Source of the DNA: a virus
Lineage: Duplodnaviria > Caudoviricetes
Virus record (IMG/VR): IMGVR_UViG_3300026453_000028
Location: 1-29,159 of that record
Direction: 5' to 3' (one strand)
Length of the DNA: 29,159 bases
Notes under the pieces: model-generated
What the model was told of the DNA's origin: nothing
Database searches by the model: none
The model's input: only the letters and a program-made list of their open reading frames with translations
Program-made: the position numbers and the translations under genes
Shown here: positions 1 to 6,788 of the stretch, piece after piece
Layout: the number at the start of each line of letters is the position of its first letter
Position numbering within the stretch: position 1 is the first letter of the stretch

Positions 1-191
1 AGATGTCAGACACAAACATGGCAGACTATGATACAAACAAAGTAGAGTATGATAATGCGCACGAATATGAAATGACCGTTGCAGGAAGCACATGGTTTAA
101 GATTTCATCAATTGCGGATTATGGTTATACTAAATCATTCCCTGCAGGAACTTACACCGCCGTTGTGGAGGCAGAGTGTATACCACTATAA
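1..191 (+). CDS. C-terminal part of a beta-rich, possibly pilin-like protein (probably truncated by the window start)
   Basis: ORF open from the window edge. It ends in FPAGTYTAVVEAEC, resembling the GxYTAxV terminal strand of fimbrial subunits, and overlaps the next gene. Confidence 0.45.
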   Translation, partial: MSDTNMADYDTNKVEYDNAHEYEMTVAGSTWFKISSIADYGYTKSFPAGTYTAVVEAECIPL

Positions 192-550
192 TTCGTTTTC
201 TACTCCTGTTGTTTGTAAGTGGGTCAGCAATGGCCCACGAGCTTACACCAACATATCCGGAGTTACGTTCTTCATACATGAATGATGTATATGAAGTGAA
301 ATTGAAAATGTGGAACGCTCGCGTGGATGTAGAATATTATAAGATCGAAGTTACGGACGAAGACTGGAATAATGTCCCTTTCATAACTACAGAGAAAGTA
401 TTTAGATTAAAGCACTTCGGCAAGCGTGATATTAGTATATTTCTTCCGAGTGACACAACTGCCACTTACATATGTACCAGGTCGATGTTAGAAAAAGGAA
501 ATGCTTCAAAAAGCATCATATCATCAAAGGTTTGTTCAAAGATTAAGTGA
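176..550 (+). CDS. Secreted Ig-like protein, possibly fimbrial-chaperone-like
   Basis: Signal peptide (IIRFLLLLFVSGSAMA^HELTPT), beta-rich mature part, C-terminal Cys pair (YICT...KVCS). Confidence 0.55.
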   Translation: MYTTIIRFLLLLFVSGSAMAHELTPTYPELRSSYMNDVYEVKLKMWNARVDVEYYKIEVTDEDWNNVPFITTEKVFRLKHFGKRDISIFLPSDTTATYICTRSMLEKGNASKSIISSKVCSKIK

Positions 551-558
551 GGCCTCGT

Positions 559-957
559 ATGAGACTCTTTTACATTTTATTACTGATACCATCAGTTGCA
601 TTTGGTCAGTCTGTAAATTTACAGATGCCCGGATCGCCACAAAGCTATCAGTCTGATCGATTTCGCCACGGAGACATGGATTGCTCCAACGCGATTGGAT
701 CGTCTACGAACCTAGAGTTTGGAGTTCTTGGATTAGTTGATGATCCCGACCCCACGCTGCTACAACAGAATTACAACACGGGTGGCACATCTACTGGAGT
801 GTACGCTCGTATAATTATACCACTTGATAAACCAAAAGAGAGAATAAATTGTAACACATTATATCAACTTGCACTCGAAAGAGAAAGACTTGAAGTGCAA
901 CGGCTCAAACAGGAGGTAGCGAACTTACGTGCGCTGCAGTTTGAAAATGATAAATAA
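559..957 (+). CDS. Secreted protein with C-terminal coiled coil
   Basis: ATG 559 has GAGG at 549-552 and is preferred over GTG 547. Signal peptide MRLFYILLLIPSVAFG, two Cys, heptad-rich tail. Confidence 0.65.
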   Translation: MRLFYILLLIPSVAFGQSVNLQMPGSPQSYQSDRFRHGDMDCSNAIGSSTNLEFGVLGLVDDPDPTLLQQNYNTGGTSTGVYARIIIPLDKPKERINCNTLYQLALERERLEVQRLKQEVANLRALQFENDK

Positions 958-1437
958 ATGGCAGAATTTGAATTTGCAGGAATGACATTTAAGGGCGGAA
1001 AGGCTGCAGTAGTCTTTACTGCCCTTTCTACTTTAGGAGGGGCTCTCTGGGCCGGCTTTGAGTTTTACAAAGATTATATGGATATGCGAGAGATCGTAGC
1101 AAATATTGATGTAGGAGTAATCGAAGCACGAAATGCACAAATAGAAATTAAACTTGACGAAGCTATTGACTATACGCGCGATATCAAAAATGGACTCAAA
1201 GACGACATCACTCGGATTGAGCGTGTTAATGATAGTACAAGTGCACGAGTTAAAGATATCCAGAGCGAAATTGATGAAAGACTTCGAGAAGTTTCAAACC
1301 TTACTCGAGAAACAGAAAAAGATGTTCGAGATACGATGCGAGACGTGGAGAATCGCATCGAAGCCGATATGGAAAAACTCGAAACAGATCTTGAAGAGAA
1401 ATTACAAAAAGCCTTAGACAACCCGTTAGCGGACTAA
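958..1437 (+). CDS. Membrane-anchored coiled-coil protein
   Basis: N-terminal hydrophobic segment (AAVVFTALSTLGGALWAGF) followed by a long charged helical region. Abuts the previous stop codon. Confidence 0.7.
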   Translation: MAEFEFAGMTFKGGKAAVVFTALSTLGGALWAGFEFYKDYMDMREIVANIDVGVIEARNAQIEIKLDEAIDYTRDIKNGLKDDITRIERVNDSTSARVKDIQSEIDERLREVSNLTRETEKDVRDTMRDVENRIEADMEKLETDLEEKLQKALDNPLAD

Positions 1438-1439
1438 GG

Positions 1440-1483
1440 TACCAAAAAAATATCTTGACTTTGCAACTGGTATGGAGTAGAAT
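1440..1483 (+). promoter_or_regulatory. Sigma70-type promoter P1 for terS, probably leaderless
   Basis: TTGACT (1455-1460), 17-nt spacer, TAGAAT (1478-1483), upstream TACCAAAAAAA. The ATG at 1490 lies at the expected +1. Confidence 0.8.
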
Positions 1484-1489
1484 TGCAAA

Positions 1490-1954
1490 ATGGGTAAAGA
1501 AATCACGACAATATCGCCAGAGGGCTTAGAGGTTGCTAATTGTTATTTACAGTATGGTAATATTCGCGCTGTGTGTGATTTTATGGGCGTGCCTGAAAAT
1601 CAAGTAGTTGAGCTGCTCAACAAGCGCGAAGTCAAGAAGTATATTGACACCGTTTATCTCGATATGGGGTATCGTAACAAAAATAACATTGCATCAGTAT
1701 TAGATGAAATGATTGCAAGTAAACTTGACGAAGCACAAGAAACAGGAGTGTATTCTTCGAAGGATCTTGCAGACCTATTACAAATGGCGCACAAAATGCG
1801 TATGGATGAAATCAAAGCGCAAGCAGATTTACTAAAAGCCGAAAGTACTAATATTCGTAATCAAACAAATGTTCAGATCAACGATGCAGCACTTCCTTTT
1901 GGACAAGGCAACTACGGTAAACTCATGGAAAAGTTGTTAAATGGACCTGAATGA
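1490..1954 (+). CDS. terS: Terminase small subunit, T5-like
   Basis: SPEGLEVANCYL...LDEMIASKLDEAQETG...AHKMRMDE...QTNVQIN matches my recollection of the T5-family TerS. N-terminal HTH-like region; position upstream of terL. Confidence 0.8.
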   Translation: MGKEITTISPEGLEVANCYLQYGNIRAVCDFMGVPENQVVELLNKREVKKYIDTVYLDMGYRNKNNIASVLDEMIASKLDEAQETGVYSSKDLADLLQMAHKMRMDEIKAQADLLKAESTNIRNQTNVQINDAALPFGQGNYGKLMEKLLNGPE

Positions 1955-2195
1955 GCAAACAAAGCGAATGCTTGCAGCAGCAGAAAGAGTTGATAATCTG
2001 GATACGCGAGTACGTGAAATAGAAATAGAAATGGCTCAACACGATGCACAATGTGAAGAGCGTTGGAAAACTACTTTTAATCGTTTAGTGGATATTGAAG
2101 ATACCATGAAACAGATGGAAAGTCGTTTACTTGTAGGAGCAGGAAGTATGATTCTTTTTCTTGCAGGCGTCATTGTGACTTTACTTATGAGATAA
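1941..2195 (+). CDS. Coiled-coil protein with C-terminal transmembrane helix (holin/XhlA-like architecture)
   Basis: Heptad N-terminus (HDAQCEERWK) and terminal hydrophobic helix LLVGAGSMILFLAGVIVTLL. Confidence 0.6.
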   Translation: MDLNEQTKRMLAAAERVDNLDTRVREIEIEMAQHDAQCEERWKTTFNRLVDIEDTMKQMESRLLVGAGSMILFLAGVIVTLLMR

Positions 2196-2410
2196 TGATA
2201 TCAAAAAGAGGACCTACATGGGTTGTTACTTTAGAAGAGGGTCGTGAGATAATTTGTATTTCCGAACAAGTAGCTAAAGATCAACTAGAACAGCATACTA
2301 CAGGTTGGAAGCTTTGGACTCCTCCACAGCTTGAAGATGTACAAGACCTACCACTCCCCGAAGTTCGGGAATACGATAGCATCGAAGAAGCTATCGCAGA
2401 GGAAGACTAA
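2195..2410 (+). CDS. Hypothetical acidic protein
   Basis: TAATG stop/start coupling at both ends. Confidence 0.65.
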   Translation: MISKRGPTWVVTLEEGREIICISEQVAKDQLEQHTTGWKLWTPPQLEDVQDLPLPEVREYDSIEEAIAEED

Positions 2411-2577
2411 TGCCAGCAGGTAAAGGTACTTACGGTAAAAAACGCGGACGTCCCGCGAAGAAAGGGGGTAAAAAGAAGAAGTCAATGGGCGGCTTGACAG
2501 CAGCTCAGAAAAAACTTCCTCCAGCATTGCAAAAAGCAATCATGAAGAAAAAACGTGGCGGTAAAAAGAAAAAGTAA
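2410..2577 (+). CDS. 55-aa highly basic protein with AT-hook-like motif (not in the ORF track)
   Basis: Hand translation MPAGKGTYGKKRGRPAKKGGKKKKSMGGLTAAQKKLPPALQKAIMKKKRGGKKKK. 22 of 55 residues are K/R and none are D/E. TAATG coupling with the upstream gene. Confidence 0.8.
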   Translation: MPAGKGTYGKKRGRPAKKGGKKKKSMGGLTAAQKKLPPALQKAIMKKKRGGKKKK

Positions 2578-2743
2578 GCGCAAAGTCGCTAAAAAACGCC
2601 CCGTGCCTACTAACAAAAAGTTGTATGCACGAGTAAAAGCTGAAGCAAAGCGCAAATTTAAAGTGTACCCTTCAGCGTACGCAAACGGATGGCTAGTAAA
2701 AACTTATAAAGCCAGAGGCGGTAATTACCGCATGGGAAAGTAA
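2555..2743 (+). CDS. Basic 62-aa protein
   Basis: 22 of 62 residues are K/R. GTG start overlaps the upstream gene. Motif YPSAYANGWLVKTYKARGG. Confidence 0.75.
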   Translation: MAVKRKSKRKVAKKRPVPTNKKLYARVKAEAKRKFKVYPSAYANGWLVKTYKARGGNYRMGK

Positions 2744-2744
2744 A

Positions 2745-2825
2745 ATGGATTTTATATTTGGTATGGTAGTAGGTGCATTGCTGCATTGGTCCTGGAAAAA
2801 GTGGGGCCATAAACTAACAGTCTAA
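2745..2825 (+). CDS. 26-aa membrane micro-peptide (not in the ORF track)
   Basis: MDFIFGMVVGALLHWSWKKWGHKLTV fills the gap between its neighbours exactly, with TAATG coupling to 2825. Confidence 0.65.
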   Translation: MDFIFGMVVGALLHWSWKKWGHKLTV

Positions 2826-3112
2826 TGGCTAAACCTCAAAGTGGACTTACTAAATGGTTCAAAGAAAAATGGGTAGATATCTCCCGTCCAAAAAAGGGCG
2901 GGGGTTATCACGCCTGCGGTCGAAAGACTTCTAAAAAAGGAAAATATCCAAAATGCGTTCCTGCAGCAAAAGCAGCTCGTATGACAAAAGCTCAGAAAAA
3001 ATCCGCTATTCGTCGTAAAAGAGCAGCAGGCAATCCAGGAGGCAAGCCGACTATGGTAAAAACATTTACCAAGCGGAAAGCGAGAATGAGACGTGGCGGT
3101 AAGAAAAGGTAA
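2825..3112 (+). CDS. Basic 95-aa protein with two Cys
   Basis: GLTKWFKEKWVDI...CGR...YPKCVP; very K/R rich. Confidence 0.75.
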   Translation: MAKPQSGLTKWFKEKWVDISRPKKGGGYHACGRKTSKKGKYPKCVPAAKAARMTKAQKKSAIRRKRAAGNPGGKPTMVKTFTKRKARMRRGGKKR

Positions 3113-3407
3113 GCGACGAACAAAGAAAAAAGACCCTCGTTTAGCCCGAGCAAAAGTAGCGGGGTTTAACAAACCAAAACGTACTCCGGGCCACCCGAAG
3201 AAGTCCCATATTGTCGTAGCAAAGGTAGGTGACAAAGTCAAAACGATTCGATTTGGGCAACAAGGCGCTAAAACAGCGGGTAAGCCAAAAGCAGGCGAGT
3301 CAGAAGCAATGAAGCGTAAGCGTGCATCTTTCAAAGCACGTCATCGTAAAAACATTGCAAAGGGCAAAATGAGTGCGGCTTATTGGGCCGATAAGGTAAA
3401 ATGGTGA
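3093..3407 (+). CDS. Basic 104-aa protein
   Basis: KVKTIRFGQQG...SFKARH...SAAYWADKVKW; very K/R rich; GTG start overlapping the upstream gene. Confidence 0.75.
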   Translation: MAVRKGKRRTKKKDPRLARAKVAGFNKPKRTPGHPKKSHIVVAKVGDKVKTIRFGQQGAKTAGKPKAGESEAMKRKRASFKARHRKNIAKGKMSAAYWADKVKW

Positions 3408-3805
3408 TGTTCGAGCGCGAAGTTGAAGAACTAAACTCTAGCTGGGCATACAAGTATGATATTGATCAGTATGCTCAACGTGAGTATTGGCAAATCATGA
3501 AAGAGCATCCATATGTAGGAGACTGTGAAGATTACGCACTCACACTCCTTTACTTAATTAGTGGTAAATCTATGTGGAAGTTTTGGTTTTACTTAATTAC
3601 TGGTAAGGCACAGATTCGCAGAGTTATCACAAAAAATGGAGGAGGGCACGCCGTTCTTCGTTTTGGAAAGCACTGGGCAGACAACTGGACTAAAAAGTTT
3701 GTCAAGTGGGAGGAAATGGAAAAGCTAGGACATAAAAAGTATTACTGGTTTTACCTTCCTCAAGACGTAGCATTGAAACTTGCTATGGCTAAGTGGAAAA
3801 AATAA
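3401..3805 (+). CDS. Transglutaminase-like cysteine protease (BTLCP/LapG, peptidase C93-like)
   Basis: GDCEDYA (Cys), GHAVL (His) and WADN (Asp) triad motifs in the order typical of the family. The true start may be 3407 (TGATG). Confidence 0.75.
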   Translation: MVMFEREVEELNSSWAYKYDIDQYAQREYWQIMKEHPYVGDCEDYALTLLYLISGKSMWKFWFYLITGKAQIRRVITKNGGGHAVLRFGKHWADNWTKKFVKWEEMEKLGHKKYYWFYLPQDVALKLAMAKWKK

Positions 3806-4131
3806 TGGACGAAGAGTTGAAAGAAGCTGGTTATCATCCTGCAGACTCAAACGGCGATGGTAAGGTAGATAATGAAGAGCACAGAATGTACCTTGAATTT
3901 AAGCGAAAAGAGCTCGAGGATCAAGACGCAATGCGAGATGCTCAACGAAAGATGACTTGGTTTGCTTTGGCAGGTATGCTACTGTATCCTGCCACAGTAA
4001 TGGCAACTGAGTTAATGGGGTTACACCAAGCTGCAACTATTCTAGGCGATATGGCGGCAGTATACTTTGTCTCTGTAGCCGGTATTGTTGCTGCATTTTT
4101 TGGTGCTCAAGCATGGTCTGGCAAAAAGTAA
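3805..4131 (+). CDS. Two-TM holin-like membrane protein with N-terminal EF-hand loop
   Basis: TAATG start at 3805. DSNGDGKVDNEE is a canonical 12-residue EF loop. Two hydrophobic helices and a basic C-terminus; located near spanins. Confidence 0.6.
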   Translation: MDEELKEAGYHPADSNGDGKVDNEEHRMYLEFKRKELEDQDAMRDAQRKMTWFALAGMLLYPATVMATELMGLHQAATILGDMAAVYFVSVAGIVAAFFGAQAWSGKK

Positions 4132-4406
4132 TACCTTTAGTACTGCTTAGTGGCTGTGTTGCAATGTCTCCTAACCTAGAATCAACAGAAGACCTTGTGA
4201 CCGGCCAGCTTTATTACACATTTGAACTAGGGGTGTCATATCCGAAAAAGAAGTTTATGACACCGGAAGAGTGGCAAGAATACCATTCGGTACCTGATAG
4301 CCAAAAGGAAGCACTATATGCTACTTACAGAGAGCGGGAAGAAATTGAAAAGCGCTGGGAGAATTTTATTGAGAATTGTCTTTTGGCCGGTACGCTGGAT
4401 TGTTAG
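4113..4406 (+). CDS. Putative lipoprotein
   Basis: Short signal with lipobox VLLSGC. Confidence 0.55.
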   Translation: MVWQKVIPLVLLSGCVAMSPNLESTEDLVTGQLYYTFELGVSYPKKKFMTPEEWQEYHSVPDSQKEALYATYREREEIEKRWENFIENCLLAGTLDC

Positions 4407-4587
4407 TTTTCTTTTTAACGAGTGGGAAATAACAATCTGGTATGACCCTAGTAAAAAGACTCAGTATAATTTTAAGTGGGTTGATAAATGTGAAGCAAAG
4501 CATTTAAAAGGAAAACTAACGTCTGGAGAGCCTTTTGAGTTAAAAACTCAAGAGCCTTTTAATTTTCAAATCAAGAAGGTAAAGTAA
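4318..4587 (+). CDS. Hypothetical protein with amphipathic N-terminus (start uncertain)
   Basis: Ends in TAATG coupled to 4587; overlaps the upstream ORF by up to 89 nt. Confidence 0.6.
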   Translation: MLLTESGKKLKSAGRILLRIVFWPVRWIVSFLFNEWEITIWYDPSKKTQYNFKWVDKCEAKHLKGKLTSGEPFELKTQEPFNFQIKKVK

Positions 4588-5009
4588 TGTTTGGAATGAT
4601 TAAAATGCTACCAATTGTGATTCTTCTTGCAGGAGCAGGATATGCATATCATACAACGGTAGTAAGCCAAAAAGATGCAACAATCGCGCGTCTCGAAGCA
4701 AACGCAGTAACTTTAAAAGAAAATGCTATGCGTCTTGAAACCGCATTTGAAAGAGAACAAGTAGCACGAGAGCGATCAGAACAGAACCTACAGTCTCAAC
4801 TAAAAGCAGTAGGAGACTTAACAGAAAAGAACACTGCTATGCAGCAAGAAATGGATGGATACTTATCTATCTTCAAGCGTCATGATATGACTCGTCTTGC
4901 AAGAGCAAAACCTGGGTTAATTGAACCTAGGATTAATAAAGGAACGCAAGCAGTATTTCGTTCCATTGAAGAGGCAAGCCTGGAGGTAGAAAATGCGGAT
5001 TCTCAGTAG
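4587..5009 (+). CDS. Inner-membrane spanin (Rz-like)
   Basis: N-terminal TM helix plus long coiled coil, overlapping a downstream lipoprotein gene. Confidence 0.75.
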   Translation: MFGMIKMLPIVILLAGAGYAYHTTVVSQKDATIARLEANAVTLKENAMRLETAFEREQVARERSEQNLQSQLKAVGDLTEKNTAMQQEMDGYLSIFKRHDMTRLARAKPGLIEPRINKGTQAVFRSIEEASLEVENADSQ

Positions 5010-5424
5010 TGTATTATTATTATCACTCGGAGGATGCTCGCTGCTACAACCGCAACCTCTTCCGGCTCCAGAGCCAATTATTAAAACAGTAACGGAGTAC
5101 AAAACTCTTGAAATATATCAACCTCCGTTACCAAAAGCGATTGACTTACAGGATGTAGAGTTTTTCGTAATTACAGAAAAGAATTTTGAAGAGCAAGTAA
5201 AAAAGCTTGAAAAAATGCAAAGCGGTACTTACGTACTCTTTGGTATTACACCACAAGATTACGAAAACATGGCATATAATTTACAAGAGCTGAAAAGATA
5301 CATTGGTCAGCAAAAAGAAATTATTATTTATTATCGTCAAGCTACACAAGGCGATGAAGACACAGACTCTGAAGATTGGATGGAACAAAATGAAAAAGTT
5401 CTTGAGGATCAAAAACAGGACTAA
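4993..5424 (+). CDS. Outer-membrane spanin (Rz1-like lipoprotein)
   Basis: GGAGG RBS, lipobox LSLGGC, Pro-rich linker, then a helical segment. Confidence 0.75.
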   Translation: MRILSSVLLLSLGGCSLLQPQPLPAPEPIIKTVTEYKTLEIYQPPLPKAIDLQDVEFFVITEKNFEEQVKKLEKMQSGTYVLFGITPQDYENMAYNLQELKRYIGQQKEIIIYYRQATQGDEDTDSEDWMEQNEKVLEDQKQD

Positions 5425-5427
5425 ATT

Positions 5428-6732
5428 ATGGCTGTTCAAATTAGTCGAGCAGATGTATCTTGCGGAGAGATACTAGATTTACAATCTGAGACACGCTTTC
5501 TAAAACTTCCCGCAGAAGATTACTTGGATCTGCTGGGAGTAACTCCTCTTCCATCGCAAAAAGCAATTATAAATGCGATCAATAACCCCAAGTATCGTTT
5601 TGTCTGTGCAGCAGTTTCTAGGCGTCAAGGCAAAACATACATCGCCAACATTATAGGGCAGTTGGTATCACTAGTGCCCGGTTCTAACATTTTGATAATG
5701 TCTCCTAACTACTCGCTGTCTCAGATTTCTTTCGACTTGCAAAGAAATTTAATCAAGCATTTTGACTTAGAGGTAGCAAAAGACAATGCAAAAGATAAAG
5801 TTATTGAGCTAACAAACGGCTCTACGGTTCGAATGGGCTCAGTAAACCAAGTTGATTCTTGTGTAGGTAGAAGCTACGATTTAATTATATTTGACGAGGC
5901 GGCGTTGGCAGACGGTAAAGATGCCTTTAACGTAGCACTTCGACCTACTTTGGATAAAGAAAACTCTAAAGCGATCTTTATTTCAACTCCACGGGGCAGG
6001 AACAACTGGTTTGCCGAGTTTTTCGACAGAGGATTTAATGATGAATTTCCTGAATGGTGCTCGATACGAGCTACTTATAAGGATAATCCGCGAATGTCTG
6101 AAATGGATATACAAGAAGCTAAAAAGTCTATGTCCGATTCAGAATTTAGGCAGGAATATGAAGCGGACTTTAACACTTATGAAGGCCAAATTTGGAACTT
6201 TAATCACGAAGAGTGTATCTCTAATAATGAAGAGCTTGATACTCGTCGCATGGATGTATTTGCTGGTCTCGACGTTGGTTATCGTGACCCAACTGCATTT
6301 GTTGTCATAGCTTATGATTGGGACGAGGAAAAGTATTACGTTTTAGATGAGTACCTCGATGCTGAGAAGACCACCGAGCAACATGCCGCTGTAATTCGAC
6401 AACTATCTAACAAATGGGACATTGATTACATTTATATAGATTCCGCAGCACAGCAAACTCGATTTGACTTCGCACAAAATTACGATATTAGTACTGTAAA
6501 TGCGAAGAAATCAGTATTAGATGGAATCGCACAAGTAGCAGGAATTGTAGACAACGATTCCATGCTTGTCGATCAACGATGCGGTGAAGTACTATCTTGC
6601 CTTGATCAATATCAATGGGATCCTAACCCTAATCTTGCAAGAGAAAAACCAAAACACAATCGAGCATCGCATATGGCAGATGCTTTACGGTATGCACTAT
6701 ATTCATTCGAAACAACTCAGAGTGGGTTTTAA
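5428..6732 (+). CDS. terL: Terminase large subunit
   Basis: Walker A VSRRQGKT, Walker B LIIFDEAA, motif III ISTP, nuclease motifs GLDVG and HMADALRY. Confidence 0.97.
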   Translation: MAVQISRADVSCGEILDLQSETRFLKLPAEDYLDLLGVTPLPSQKAIINAINNPKYRFVCAAVSRRQGKTYIANIIGQLVSLVPGSNILIMSPNYSLSQISFDLQRNLIKHFDLEVAKDNAKDKVIELTNGSTVRMGSVNQVDSCVGRSYDLIIFDEAALADGKDAFNVALRPTLDKENSKAIFISTPRGRNNWFAEFFDRGFNDEFPEWCSIRATYKDNPRMSEMDIQEAKKSMSDSEFRQEYEADFNTYEGQIWNFNHEECISNNEELDTRRMDVFAGLDVGYRDPTAFVVIAYDWDEEKYYVLDEYLDAEKTTEQHAAVIRQLSNKWDIDYIYIDSAAQQTRFDFAQNYDISTVNAKKSVLDGIAQVAGIVDNDSMLVDQRCGEVLSCLDQYQWDPNPNLAREKPKHNRASHMADALRYALYSFETTQSGF

Positions 6733-6739
6733 AGAGACC

Positions 6740-6783
6740 TACAAAAAATAGTGTTTGACAATTTATGTTACAAGGGCTATAAT
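6740..6783 (+). promoter_or_regulatory. Perfect sigma70 promoter P2 for the HNH-portal-head operon, probably leaderless
   Basis: TTGACA (6755-6760), 17-nt spacer, TATAAT (6778-6783). The ATG at 6789 lies at the expected +1. Confidence 0.9.
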
Positions 6784-6788
6784 TCAAA

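Noticed and set aside
2822-3334. 170-aa minus-strand ORF over the basic genes
   Set aside because: Phe/Leu richness mirrors the Lys codons; the plus-strand genes are tightly coupled and better supported.
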